A stretch of DNA of 64,000 nucleotides from Candidatus Binatota bacterium (GTDB taxonomy: Bacteria > Desulfobacterota > Binatia > UBA1149), in assembly GCA_012960245.1 (NCBI GenBank), contig DUBO01000051.1, positions 60,887 through 124,886 on the forward strand, read 5' to 3'. Made by a program: the position numbers and the translations under genes. Positions 26,628 through 36,853 of this stretch are shown in pieces. The notes under the pieces are model-generated. The model was not told the origin of the DNA. It saw only the letters and a program-made list of their open reading frames with translations, and searched no databases. Within the stretch, counting starts at the first letter, position 1. Each line of letters opens with the position of its first letter.

Positions 26628-28487
26628 ATGGCAGGCAGCGACCATTCCAGGACCTTAAAAGAAAGCGTTCAGGCCTACCTGGCCGACGGTGACAAGGCTG
26701 CGGCCCATCGCCTGCTCGTTGAACGCTGCTTTGCAGGGGCCCCGGCCCACGAGTACCGCTGGTTGGCCGACCGGATGGCCGAGACTTCAGTTGATGCGGT
26801 TAGCTTGAAGGTCGCATTTCTTTCTACTTACACGGTTGAGCCCCTGCGCGAGCTTCTGCGCGCGCTCGCGCTGGCGCACGGGGTGACCGTGGAGCTCTAC
26901 TTCGGTGGCTTTGGCCAGCTGGAACAGGAGGTGCTGAAGCCGGGTAGTGGGCTCGCGGCGTTTAAACCCGATGCCGTGGTGCTGGCCTGGCGGCTTGAAG
27001 ACTTGCTGCCTGGCCTGTCCGGGGTCGGCGGTCGCGACGACGAAGACAGCGAGCTCGAGGCCCGCCTCGCTGTGTTGCTGGACGGGCTTGCCGACGGCTA
27101 CCGGGGGAGCACGGTACTGGCCCACACCTTTGATTGCCCAGCGGCTGTGCCCCTGGGGGTGGTCGACTACGAACAGCCCGGGGGGGTACGTGCGCGAGTC
27201 GAGCGCTTCAACGCAGTGCTTCGTCAATGCGCCGAGTCGAGGCCGGCGCTGCACCTGGTCGACACTGAGCGCGTGGCTCGGCGCGCGGGTGCCGCCTGGT
27301 TTCAACCCCGCCACTGGTACTCGGCGAGGGCACCGCACGGGCCGGCCGCCTTGCTGGAGCTGTCGCGCGAGTACGCAGCTTACCTGCGAGCGCTGGCCGG
27401 CAGGACGGCCAAGGTAGTGATGCTCGATCTCGACAACACGCTGTGGGGTGGGGTGCTGGGCGAAGACGGCGCCGATGGTGTTGAGCTGGGCCCCGACTAC
27501 CCGGGCAATGCTTTCGTGGCTTTCCAGCAGGAGCTCAAGGAGCTGGCGGCCCGCGGCGTGCTCCTGGTCCTCAACAGCAAGAACAACGAGGACGAAGTGC
27601 GAGGGCTCTTCGCTTCGCACCCCCACATGCTGCTGGGGTGGGGTGATTTTGCCGCTACCAGGGTCAACTGGCAGGACAAGGCGAGTAACACCGAGGAGCT
27701 GGCCGAAGAGCTGTCGCTGGGGCTGGACAGCTTTGTGTTCGTCGACGACAGCCCGCATGAGCTGGAGGTCGTTGGGTCGCGCTTACCGGGGGTGAGCACC
27801 GTGCAGGTGCCCGCCGAACCGGCCGAGCTGCCGGGCCTTCTCTCCCGCCGGGGCTACTTCGAATCCTTGTCGTTCAGCGCCGAAGATTCACGCCGCGGCG
27901 AACTCTACCGAGCCGAGGGAGAGCGTAAAACCCTGCGCGGCAGCAGTCGCTCGCTCGACGACTTCTACCGCTCTCTCAATATGCGATTGCGCGTGCACGA
28001 AGTGGGCGAGGGCGAACTGGTGCGGGTGGCCCAGCTCACGCAGAAGACCAACCAGTTCAACATGACAACGCGGCGTTACAGCGAAGCCGAGACCGCGTTG
28101 TTGTTGAATGACGATGCTACCGCCGTACGAGCTTTCTCGCTGGTCGATCGTTTTGGTGACAGCGGCATTGTCTCGGTCGTTATCGCGCGCGAGGGCTCCA
28201 AGGCATGGGAGCTGGACAGTTTTCTCATGAGCTGTCGGGTCATAGGCCGCACGGTCGAGACCGCCATCCTGGCGCTGATTGCCGACGAGGCCCGTGCTGC
28301 CGGTGCCGGTGCACTGGTCGGTGATTTTTTACCCACGAAAAAAAACGCACCGGCCTCCGGTGTCTACGAAGCTCATGGATTTGTTGAAAGCGGTGGTGCC
28401 GACAGCGAGGGGGGACAACGCTGGAGTCTGGACCTCGGCAGCGACTCGGTGCCTCGGGTGCCTGCCTGGATAGAGATAGCCGACTGA
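26628..28487 (+). CDS. FkbH-like HAD-IIIC phosphatase/glyceryl transferase
   Basis: LDLDNTLWGG, SKN, NWQDK, FVDD, QLTQKTNQFN, DRFGDSG, MSCRV. Confidence 0.9.
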   Translation: MAGSDHSRTLKESVQAYLADGDKAAAHRLLVERCFAGAPAHEYRWLADRMAETSVDAVSLKVAFLSTYTVEPLRELLRALALAHGVTVELYFGGFGQLEQEVLKPGSGLAAFKPDAVVLAWRLEDLLPGLSGVGGRDDEDSELEARLAVLLDGLADGYRGSTVLAHTFDCPAAVPLGVVDYEQPGGVRARVERFNAVLRQCAESRPALHLVDTERVARRAGAAWFQPRHWYSARAPHGPAALLELSREYAAYLRALAGRTAKVVMLDLDNTLWGGVLGEDGADGVELGPDYPGNAFVAFQQELKELAARGVLLVLNSKNNEDEVRGLFASHPHMLLGWGDFAATRVNWQDKASNTEELAEELSLGLDSFVFVDDSPHELEVVGSRLPGVSTVQVPAEPAELPGLLSRRGYFESLSFSAEDSRRGELYRAEGERKTLRGSSRSLDDFYRSLNMRLRVHEVGEGELVRVAQLTQKTNQFNMTTRRYSEAETALLLNDDATAVRAFSLVDRFGDSGIVSVVIAREGSKAWELDSFLMSCRVIGRTVETAILALIADEARAAGAGALVGDFLPTKKNAPASGVYEAHGFVESGGADSEGGQRWSLDLGSDSVPRVPAWIEIAD

Positions 28488-28493
28488 ACCCGG

Positions 28494-29771
28494 TCAGGCT
28501 GCGCGGCTCGCGTGCTCGCTGCTACGCGCCGCGGCTGCGCGAGACATGCCGGTCGAGTCCAGCGCGTGGCCAATGAAATCGTTGACGCCCTGGTCGAGGT
28601 TGAACGACAGGTGCGTGCCCTGGTACCAGTGCAGGTTCGGTCGCTCCCAGTGGTGCCAGAGCTCGTTGACCTGTCCGCGAGAAACCAATCGATCCGCCAC
28701 GCCCGCAAATATGTGTCGCCCGCGGTGAGGCGTCCGGCAGGGCAGGGACATCGGTGAGATCACTCGCTGGAGGTTGTCGATCATCGTCCAGTTGACCCCC
28801 GCGCGCTCGAGCCAGGTGCGCACAGAGGCAGGCAGGTGCTCACGCGCCAGTGCCGAAAAACTGGTGGCGGGAATGCCGGCAATCACGCAGTCGAGCGCGC
28901 CGTCGAGGCTGCTCAGCAGCGAGGCGTGGTAGCCGCCCAGCGATATGCCGTAAGCGCCCGTCGACACCGCTTCGCCGGGTCCACGGACCCAGCTGAGCAG
29001 GCGGCGTAGATCCCAGATACCCTGCGATACCGCGAACAGCGTGTCCATGGAGTCGGCGACCATGAATCCCTCGCCGCTGCGATGGCGCCCGGCGCGCGGA
29101 CCGTGCAGGGGCAGTACGGGCATGACCAGGTTCAGCCCCAGCTCTTCGTGCAGGTAGCGGGCGTGGAAGGCCGCAAGCCCGGCCGAGGCCTGGCCCATGC
29201 GGTAGCCGTGTATGCACATCAGCCACGGCCGCGGGCGGTCGTGGTGTCGCAGCAGCCAGGCGTGTCCCTTACGGTTTGCGCTGCGGGCCAGCCAGCGGTC
29301 GGCGCCCGGCTCGCCGCTGCGCGGCTGGTAGTCACTGTCAAACTGCAGGTGCTCGACGTCGAGCCCCAGAACCCTGCGGCGAAAAATCTGCGGCGAAGTG
29401 ATCGGCGGTGGCTGGCGGTGGTAGAGAGCAGGATTGGCGCTCCAACCACGTGACTCGTACAACGCAGCTGCCTCCTGAAACTCACCTCGCACGCGGTGCA
29501 ATTCGGCGGCAGAGGGCAGGGGGAGGTTGGGTACGAGCATCGCCCGGACGGTTTCGTCTATGGCGACCTTTACGGCCATCGACAGGTTGGGTTTGACCAG
29601 CGGCATACCGTCACCGGGGCCACCGAGGCCGGCGAGATCGCGCCAGCTCAGGGCCATAAAGCCAGCCGTTCGCAGTCCCGGCATCGCGAGCGTAGCGCCG
29701 CGCTCGGCAATGTGCGCCAGCCTGCGTGCGAAATCGCTGTTGAGTACAGAAGCCTTGCTTGAAAAAGCCAC
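28494..29771 (-). CDS. Alpha/beta hydrolase
   Basis: IHGYRMG, LPLHGPR, nucleophile elbow GISLGG, D and H near C-terminus. Confidence 0.8.
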   Translation of the reverse strand: MAFSSKASVLNSDFARRLAHIAERGATLAMPGLRTAGFMALSWRDLAGLGGPGDGMPLVKPNLSMAVKVAIDETVRAMLVPNLPLPSAAELHRVRGEFQEAAALYESRGWSANPALYHRQPPPITSPQIFRRRVLGLDVEHLQFDSDYQPRSGEPGADRWLARSANRKGHAWLLRHHDRPRPWLMCIHGYRMGQASAGLAAFHARYLHEELGLNLVMPVLPLHGPRAGRHRSGEGFMVADSMDTLFAVSQGIWDLRRLLSWVRGPGEAVSTGAYGISLGGYHASLLSSLDGALDCVIAGIPATSFSALAREHLPASVRTWLERAGVNWTMIDNLQRVISPMSLPCRTPHRGRHIFAGVADRLVSRGQVNELWHHWERPNLHWYQGTHLSFNLDQGVNDFIGHALDSTGMSRAAAARSSEHASRAA

Positions 29772-29894
29772 GATTCACCCATGCTAGCCGACAGGGGGGC
29801 TGACTTCTATGGACTGTTCTGAGCTTTACCCGCGTGGCCTTTTTTCACGTTGTTTTACGGGTGGTTCGCAGCGAAAATATTTGGGGCAGCGGGC

Positions 29895-30641
29895 TTAGAA
29901 ACTCTCGCTCCACGGCCTCAGGTCAAGCTCGTGGGTCCACGCTGAGCGTGGTTGCAGGTGTACGTTCCACAGTGCATCGGCAATGGCGTCGGGGTCGAGC
30001 ATGCCACTTTCACCCTTCTGCTCTGCGAGGTCTGGAAAACGAGAGAGCAGGCGCTCGCCCGCGATACCGCCATCGACCAACATGTGGACAACGTGCAAGC
30101 CTTTCGGGCCCAGCTCCCTGGCCATGGACTGGGCCACCATTCTCAGGCCGGCCTTGGCCGCGGCAAAGGCACCGAAGGCAGCGCTGCCGCGCAGCGAAGC
30201 GCTCGCCCCGGTAAAGCTGATGGTGCCGCCCGCGGGAAGCATGCGTCGCGCTGCCTCGCGTCCGACCAGAAAGCCGCCGAGGCAGCCTACCTTCCAGGCT
30301 TTTTCGAAAACCGCTGTTTCGGTGTCTACGAAAGGCGATATGACGGCGTTGCCGGCGTTGTAGGCAACCAGCACCGGCGGTGACGACGCGTCGGCCTGCA
30401 CGCGGTCGAACAGGGCTGCTACCTGCTCTTCCCGGGTGGTATCGGTGGCCACGGCGACCGCTCGGCCGCCCTTGGCCGCTATGTCTTCGGCCAGTTCTTC
30501 GAGGCGCGAGAGAGTACGGCCGGCGGCATAAACCGTGGCCCCCGACGCTGCCGCCCGTCGGCAGATTGCTGCGCCCAGGCCACGCGCGGCTCCGACGCCG
30601 ACCACTACTACCGACTGTTGCTCAGGCACGGGTGCCACCAT
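29895..30641 (-). CDS. Short-chain dehydrogenase/reductase
   Basis: GVGAARGLG, YNAG, TGASASLRG, FAAAK, HMLVDG. Confidence 0.85.
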   Translation of the reverse strand: MVAPVPEQQSVVVVGVGAARGLGAAICRRAAASGATVYAAGRTLSRLEELAEDIAAKGGRAVAVATDTTREEQVAALFDRVQADASSPPVLVAYNAGNAVISPFVDTETAVFEKAWKVGCLGGFLVGREAARRMLPAGGTISFTGASASLRGSAAFGAFAAAKAGLRMVAQSMARELGPKGLHVVHMLVDGGIAGERLLSRFPDLAEQKGESGMLDPDAIADALWNVHLQPRSAWTHELDLRPWSESF

Positions 30642-31371
30642 CCACGCGTATGTATTCGCCGTTGATGTGGATGCCGTCTTCGGAAACCAACATGGCCACC
30701 ACTCCTGCCACGGCTTCGGGCGGTCGTGCCCCGGTGAGCGACATTACCCGGTAGAGCAACTTGAGGTCAGCTCCCTCGGGAAATACGAAGTTCTCGGTCA
30801 TGCCCGAAGTGATGTCGCCCGGGCAGATCGCGTTTATTCTCAGGCCGCGCTTTCCGTATTCGACCGCCAGGGTGTAAGTCAGCGCCAGCACGCCGCCCTT
30901 CGATGCAGCGTAGGCAAGCGAAAACGGCTGTCCGCTCAGGCCGGCGATGGATGCCATGTTGACGATAGCGCCCTTCGTTTCGACGAGGTGGGGGAGCGCA
31001 GCCTGACACATGAGGAAGGTGCCGGTGAGATTGATGTCAATCATGCGCTGCCAGATTTTAAGGCTGACGTTGGAGGCTATGTCGGCGTGCAGCACACCGG
31101 CTATGTTGCAGAGCGCGTCGAGTCCGCCGTGACGTTGCACGGCCGCGTCCACGCAGGCGTCCACCTGCTCGGGATCGGCCACGTTGCAGATCATCGCCGA
31201 CGCTGTTCCGCCGTCAGCGCTTATGCTCTCGCAGGTGGCCGCGAGACCAGCCTCGTCGACGTCGCTCGCCAGTATCTTCGCGCCCTCTGACGCCAGCCTG
31301 ATGGCGGTGGCACGGCCTATGCCCGAGGCGGCGCCGGTAACAAGTATTGATTTTTTAACTAAGCGTTCCAT
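30622..31371 (-). CDS. Short-chain dehydrogenase/reductase
   Basis: TGAASGIG, NIAG, YAASK; start chosen at ATG 31371 (MERLVKKS). Confidence 0.9.
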   Translation of the reverse strand: MERLVKKSILVTGAASGIGRATAIRLASEGAKILASDVDEAGLAATCESISADGGTASAMICNVADPEQVDACVDAAVQRHGGLDALCNIAGVLHADIASNVSLKIWQRMIDINLTGTFLMCQAALPHLVETKGAIVNMASIAGLSGQPFSLAYAASKGGVLALTYTLAVEYGKRGLRINAICPGDITSGMTENFVFPEGADLKLLYRVMSLTGARPPEAVAGVVAMLVSEDGIHINGEYIRVDGGTRA

Positions 31372-31385
31372 GCCTGGATGTTCTC

Positions 31386-33566
31386 CTACCAGAGGTAATG
31401 TAGCCCGGCCGACAGCGTACGCCGCTGACCCGGTTGAATGTAGTGGTCGTCGTCGCTGTCCGCCACGACGGTGGAAACGTGGCGCCGGTCGAGCAGGTTT
31501 TCTACTTCCAGCGTGATTTCGAGCTGCTCGTTCAGTTGCCAACCGGCGGCGAGGCTGTACAGTTCCCAGCCGGGTACCGCTTGCGTGCCGAGGCCATTGG
31601 CCGAGTAGTCGTTGACAAACTCCATGCCCGCGCGCGCCCAGCAACCGTCCTCGTGCTGGTAATCGAGGGCCACGCCGCCAAAGCGTGGCGGCACCGCCGG
31701 CATCTCGTTATCGCCGTACAGCGGGTCGTCGACGTAGTGAAATTCCACTGCGTTAAGGGTCAGTGACAGTTCCAGGCTGTCGTCGCCAGCACGTCCGCGG
31801 CGCTGGGCCAGCCCCCGCGCCAGCAGCAGGTCCAGGCCCAGCTCAATTCCCTGGTGCCGGGAGGCTGACACGTTGGTGAAACCGGGTATCGTGAAACCGG
31901 CGCCGGGAAAGGGAGTGGTGTTGATGTTTATTATCTCGTTGCGCAACTCGCTGTCGTAAACGGCGAGGTCCCATCGCAGCCGTTCGCCCTGCTGGCCGCG
32001 CCAGCCGGCTTCGAACAGCCAGGCGCGTTGTGGTCGCAGGGTGTCGAGATCGCTCTCGAGGTTTCCGGTCGACGTTATCTCGAGCAGCACTGCCGGCTCG
32101 TAGCTGTGCGACGCTGACAGGTAGACGTGGTGATTTTCGCGCGGGTGCCAGGAGAGTCCCAGCGACGGCGAGGCCGACCAGTAGTGGGTCCCGTCGTAGT
32201 CGTCCGACAGTCGGTCTTCGCGCGAGCGGTGCGAGTACTGCACGCGCGCCCCCAGGTCGAGGTCAACGCGCTGGCCCAGGCGGATGGACTGGTCGGCGTA
32301 AAAAGCCGCGTTAATGGCTTCGCCGACGAAGCGGCTGCGCAGGTCGCCACGCAGTCCGCCGTTGGCGCGGTAGAGTGAGCGCAGCTGGTGAGCCCTGGCC
32401 AGTTTAACCCCGGCGTCCAGTCGCCGAAGTCGCGAATCCGCGTCGCCCCGCGACAGCAGCCTCGCCTCGGCCGAGAGGTTGTCGAGCTGCCAGTCGATTA
32501 CACCAAAACTGAGAGGCTGGTCCATGTCTTCGTAAGCGGCTTGTCCAAACAACGACAGGGTGGACGACGGCGATAGCGGCACGTCCAGTCGGCCGGCGGC
32601 GCGGTAGTACTCGAGATCTCGCGCCGCGCCCTGGTCAACGTAACTCTGCTCGGCCGCGCGGTCGTCGATGGAATAACTGTCGGTGCAGGGCGCCGGCGGT
32701 GCGGGGCAAGTGGGCGTGAGAGCACCGGGCAGGTCGGTGTTGCTGTGCGCGTAAATGAAATCGCCTCTCAAGGAGCGGCCTTGTTCAAGGCGTCGTCCCA
32801 GTGACGCGTACACGCGCTGCCGGTCCCAGGCCGAGTGGCGGCGAAAGCCACCGCTACTGCTATGGCTGACGGCCAACAGCGAGTCCGTGTTCTCGTCGGC
32901 GTGGCCGGTGCTGACGTGAAGCTTACTGGTGTCCCAGCTACCGGACTCAAGCCAGGCTTCGCTCCCCGAACTCCCGTTGCCGGCAAGATCGTGGCCGGTG
33001 CGGGAGATCATGTTGATCGCACCACCGAGGGTGTCGCCGCCCCAGCGCCGGGCCTCGCCCCCGCGATAGACTTCAACCCTTCGCAGGTTGAGCAGGTCTA
33101 GGGCCTCGGTCTCGGTAAAACCGTCGGCACCGGTGAACGGAAAGCCATCGATGAGTACGGTCACGCCGCGTAGGCCGAAATTGCTGCGCAAACCCGAGCC
33201 CCTGATGGACAAGCGTTCCTGCTCGCCTGTGTAGCGACGCAGCAGGAGCAGGCCCGGTACCCCGGCAAGCACGTCCTTGAGGTCGCGCGCGCCTGATTTT
33301 TCGATATTTTCGCGGCCGACGAGGCTCACGCCACCCGGGCGCTGCTCGATCAGAAGGCGCGCGCTCTCTTCGTCGGCGAGGCGGTCATCGGCCAGGCGGT
33401 CGTCGTCGACCAGCACGGTCGGAAGCAGGGCGGCTTCTTCGCCGGCGGCGGCTTCTTCGCCGCCGGCCACCCCTGGCGACGCTGTCACGAGTGCAACCAG
33501 GCCGAGCGAGGCGAAGATAACAATGCGAAAACAAGATGCTGCAGGTAAGGCCAATTGAATTTTCAC
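31386..33566 (-). CDS. TonB-dependent receptor
   Basis: Signal peptide, plug motifs (VPG, SIRG, VLIDG, RVEVYRG, GGAIN), NLLD..., aromatic C-terminus (HYLW). Confidence 0.9.
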   Translation of the reverse strand: MKIQLALPAASCFRIVIFASLGLVALVTASPGVAGGEEAAAGEEAALLPTVLVDDDRLADDRLADEESARLLIEQRPGGVSLVGRENIEKSGARDLKDVLAGVPGLLLLRRYTGEQERLSIRGSGLRSNFGLRGVTVLIDGFPFTGADGFTETEALDLLNLRRVEVYRGGEARRWGGDTLGGAINMISRTGHDLAGNGSSGSEAWLESGSWDTSKLHVSTGHADENTDSLLAVSHSSSGGFRRHSAWDRQRVYASLGRRLEQGRSLRGDFIYAHSNTDLPGALTPTCPAPPAPCTDSYSIDDRAAEQSYVDQGAARDLEYYRAAGRLDVPLSPSSTLSLFGQAAYEDMDQPLSFGVIDWQLDNLSAEARLLSRGDADSRLRRLDAGVKLARAHQLRSLYRANGGLRGDLRSRFVGEAINAAFYADQSIRLGQRVDLDLGARVQYSHRSREDRLSDDYDGTHYWSASPSLGLSWHPRENHHVYLSASHSYEPAVLLEITSTGNLESDLDTLRPQRAWLFEAGWRGQQGERLRWDLAVYDSELRNEIININTTPFPGAGFTIPGFTNVSASRHQGIELGLDLLLARGLAQRRGRAGDDSLELSLTLNAVEFHYVDDPLYGDNEMPAVPPRFGGVALDYQHEDGCWARAGMEFVNDYSANGLGTQAVPGWELYSLAAGWQLNEQLEITLEVENLLDRRHVSTVVADSDDDHYIQPGQRRTLSAGLHYLW

Positions 33567-33651
33567 GAGTTTTTTAAAGCGACTCCCGTGGGCACGCGGG
33601 GCCGTGGGTTTCGTCGCTCGGGCCGCGCAGCTATATCACGGGGGCGGCTGC

Positions 33652-34338
33652 ATGAAACAAGAACCCCCAGTTCCGGGCCAGGTAGATGTGGCCAGCATAG
33701 GTGAAGACGTACCCCTGCTCGAGGGCATACGTACCACCTTGTCGATACGGCGGTTGCGCCCCGATCCGGTTCCGTCGGGCTTGCTGCGCAAGGTCTGCGA
33801 GGCGGGGACTTTTGCGCCCAGTGGCGGTAACCGCCAGCCCTGGACTTTCGTGGCCGTGACCGAGCCCGAACGCAGGGCCTGGGTGGCCGAACGCTACCGT
33901 GCCGCCTTTGACGCCTACATAGCGCCGGCCCGCGAGGCGGCCGAGGCGCCTGATTTTCCGGCTGCGAGGCGGCGTAACATAGAATCGGCCGCCTGGTTGT
34001 CCGATCACCTGCACGAAGTGCCCGTGCATCTTTTCGTGGCCGGTCGGCTGCGCCGCGGTGACCCGCAGTTCCAGTCGGTGTTTCCGGCCATACAGAACGT
34101 GTTGTTGGCCTGCCGTGCGGTTGGACTGGGTGCCTGCCTGACGATGCTGCACCTGGCCCACGGTCGCCAGGTGGACGAGTACCTGGGCTTGGCCGAGGAC
34201 AACCCGAGCTGCGCCCTGATAGCCGTGGGCTGGCCGGCGGTCGCCTACCGTCGGCCCGTACGCAGGTCCGTGGACGAGGTGCTGCATTTTGAACGCTACC
34301 GCGATGCCAACGAGAAAGACGGGAAGAAAAAAACTTGA
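33652..34338 (+). CDS. Nitroreductase family protein
   Basis: SIRR, APSGGNRQPW, QNVLLACRAVGLG, GWP. Confidence 0.85.
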   Translation: MKQEPPVPGQVDVASIGEDVPLLEGIRTTLSIRRLRPDPVPSGLLRKVCEAGTFAPSGGNRQPWTFVAVTEPERRAWVAERYRAAFDAYIAPAREAAEAPDFPAARRRNIESAAWLSDHLHEVPVHLFVAGRLRRGDPQFQSVFPAIQNVLLACRAVGLGACLTMLHLAHGRQVDEYLGLAEDNPSCALIAVGWPAVAYRRPVRRSVDEVLHFERYRDANEKDGKKKT

Positions 34339-34371
34339 AAGGACTGCCACGGGCAGGATGAGGCAGGCAGG

Positions 34372-35358
34372 ATGAAATACGGAATAGTACTCGCGGCCCC
34401 GACGATAGCCGACCAGGTGAGGGTGGCCCGGCGCGCCGAGCAGGCCGGCTTCGACTCGGCCTGGACGATAGAGTTTTTCAACCAGAACGGCCACGTGCGC
34501 CTGGCGGCCGTGGCCGCAGCCACCGAGAGCATCACGGTGGGTAACGCCATTGCCTACGCTTTTATGCGCACCCCCTTGCTGACCGCGTCGGCGGCCATGG
34601 ACATCGACGAGCTGTCGGGCGGACGCATGGTGCTGGGCCTGGGCAGCGGAACCCGCAGCATGAACGAACGTTGGTACTCATCTGCCTGGCAGACGCCGGC
34701 ACCCGCTAGAATGAAAGAAGTAGTGGCCCTGGTCAGGGCTGCCTTTGCCGCTTCAGGGGGTGGTGGGCTCAAGTTCGAAGGAGAGTTCTACAATGCCAAC
34801 GTTCCGCTCTACGCCCGGCCGGGAATGGTGCGCGACAGCATCCCGGTCTACGTGGCCGGCGTCGCTCGGCCCATGGTGCGCGCCGCGGCCGCGGTGGCCG
34901 ACGGCCTGGTTGGACACCCGGTGTACACCCGTAAGTATATTGCCGACAGCGTGCTGCCCATTCTCGAGGGTTCCGACTGCGAGCTGGCGCCTTACGTCAT
35001 CTGCTCGGTCAGCGACGACGTTGAGCAGGCCCGCAACGAGGCGCGCATGCAGATCGCGTTCTATTTCACTACCCGGCTCTACCACACCATCCTCGACGCG
35101 CACGGCTGGCGCGACAGGGGCGAGGTTATAGCGGCGGCTTTCAAGCGCATGGACTTTGCCGCCATGACCGCCGAAGTGAGCGACGAGATGATAGACGCTA
35201 TTGCCATTACCGGCCGCCCCGATGAAGTGCGCGACCAGCTGCGGCAGTGGGACGGTCTGAGTGAGCAGGTCTTGCTCTACCCCCCGACTGTAGGGGTGGC
35301 ACACGAGCGCGTCAGCGAAAATCTCGACGCCATGGTCGACGCGTTTGCCGTTTCTTAA
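34372..35358 (+). CDS. LLM-class (possibly F420-dependent) oxidoreductase
   Basis: AEQAGFDSAW, ELSGGRMVLGLGSG, ADG, ITGRPDEV. Confidence 0.85.
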   Translation: MKYGIVLAAPTIADQVRVARRAEQAGFDSAWTIEFFNQNGHVRLAAVAAATESITVGNAIAYAFMRTPLLTASAAMDIDELSGGRMVLGLGSGTRSMNERWYSSAWQTPAPARMKEVVALVRAAFAASGGGGLKFEGEFYNANVPLYARPGMVRDSIPVYVAGVARPMVRAAAAVADGLVGHPVYTRKYIADSVLPILEGSDCELAPYVICSVSDDVEQARNEARMQIAFYFTTRLYHTILDAHGWRDRGEVIAAAFKRMDFAAMTAEVSDEMIDAIAITGRPDEVRDQLRQWDGLSEQVLLYPPTVGVAHERVSENLDAMVDAFAVS

Positions 35359-35362
35359 GGGT

Positions 35363-36853
35363 TTACCTCAGGGTTCGAAGTCTCAGCAATACTTTTAACA
35401 GCAAGGCCGACGCGCGGTTCAATCGGCCTTTCTGCCACTGGTCTCCCAGTTTCTTCCATGCCTCGGCAACGGTTGGGTAGGGCTGGATGACCGAGGCCAG
35501 GGATCCGAGCGGAACAGCCGAATTAATCGCCTGGGTGACCTGTCCTATGGCTTCGCCCGCGTGGTCGGCCAGGAGGGTAGCACCCAGTATTCGACCGCCT
35601 CGGGCAGAGACGTGCACCCGGGCAAGACCCCTGGTGCTTCCGGCCAGCACCGAGCGGTCCAGGTCTTCGAGCGGCACGGTGAAAGTACTGATTTTTTTAC
35701 CCATCGACTGTGCCTCGTGGGCGGTCATACCGACGTGAGCAAGCTCGGGGCTGGTGTACGTGCACCAGGGTATGGTCAACCTGTCCACGCGTTCGCGTCC
35801 CCCGAAAAGGGCATTTCGAAGGACTATCCGCGCCATTGCGTCTGCCGCGTGGGTAAACTGGAAAACCGAACAGACGTCCCCCGCGGCATAAATCCTGCGG
35901 TTGCTGGTTCGCAGCCTTTCGTTAACGGTTATACCACCGGTCGTGTATTCCACCCCGGCTGATTCCAGCCCGATATCCTCTACCACCGGTCGACGTCCGG
36001 TGGCGACCAGGACCTGGTCAGCTTCGATTTCAGATCCTTCATTAGCTACTTCAACATTAAGTATAGTCGCTCGTTTACGGAGACTTACCCGCGACAAGTG
36101 GCAGTTGAGAATTAACTCTACGCCTTCGTTGGTCAGTGCCGACGCGAGTTGACGGGAAGCATCCGGGTCTTCGTTGGGGAGTATACGGTCGGCGCTGTCG
36201 ATCAGGGTGACGTGCGAACCGAGGCGGGACATCGCCTGCGACAGTTCGCAACCGATAGGACCGGCGCCGATCACGACGAGCCGGGCCGGTTGTTCTTCGA
36301 GGTTGAAGAAGTTCTCGCTGGTCAGGGGCTGTACGTCCGATAGGCCTGGAACCGGTGGTAGCGTGGGAACCGCACCGGTGGCGACCATCGCCCGCCGGAA
36401 GAGGAGCGTGCTTCCATCAACTTCCAGGCGGTCGGTGCCGGTAAACCGGCCGTGTCCTAGAAACACGTCTACACCGAGGTCTGTAAACCTTCTCGCGCTG
36501 TCTGCTTGTGCCAGCGTGGCCCTGATTTCCCTCATCCGCTCCATTACCGCGGAAAACTGGTAGAGCTCGGGGTCACCACCGGGATTGTCCCAGGCCTTCC
36601 TCGCCGCTTCGAGCAGCGCCTTGGAGGGCACACACCCAGAATTAAGACAGTCTCCGCCAAGAAGCCCTTTTTCGACCAGGGCAACGCGCGCGCCGAGGGA
36701 GGCCGCGCCGGCGGCCGCCACGAGGCCAGCTGGACCACCTCCGAGTACCAGGAGGTGGTAACGCCGTTTCGGGTCAGGGTTTGTCCAGTCCCGGGGGTGG
36801 ACGTGTTCAAGCAGCTCGGAATTGTAGCTGTCGTCGGGTGCCAGTTGGTTCAT
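35363..36853 (-). CDS. Pyridine nucleotide-disulfide oxidoreductase (MerA/Lpd-like, no C-terminal Cys pair)
   Basis: GGGPAG, GGDCLNSGCVPSK, GAGPIG, YAAGD, PYPT; start ATG 36853 overlaps upstream stop. Confidence 0.85.
   Translation of the reverse strand: MNQLAPDDSYNSELLEHVHPRDWTNPDPKRRYHLLVLGGGPAGLVAAAGAASLGARVALVEKGLLGGDCLNSGCVPSKALLEAARKAWDNPGGDPELYQFSAVMERMREIRATLAQADSARRFTDLGVDVFLGHGRFTGTDRLEVDGSTLLFRRAMVATGAVPTLPPVPGLSDVQPLTSENFFNLEEQPARLVVIGAGPIGCELSQAMSRLGSHVTLIDSADRILPNEDPDASRQLASALTNEGVELILNCHLSRVSLRKRATILNVEVANEGSEIEADQVLVATGRRPVVEDIGLESAGVEYTTGGITVNERLRTSNRRIYAAGDVCSVFQFTHAADAMARIVLRNALFGGRERVDRLTIPWCTYTSPELAHVGMTAHEAQSMGKKISTFTVPLEDLDRSVLAGSTRGLARVHVSARGGRILGATLLADHAGEAIGQVTQAINSAVPLGSLASVIQPYPTVAEAWKKLGDQWQKGRLNRASALLLKVLLRLRTLR

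Noticed and set aside
35363..36853. Calling this merA
   Set aside because: No C-terminal Cys-Cys pair, no N-terminal metal-binding domain and no mer genes nearby.
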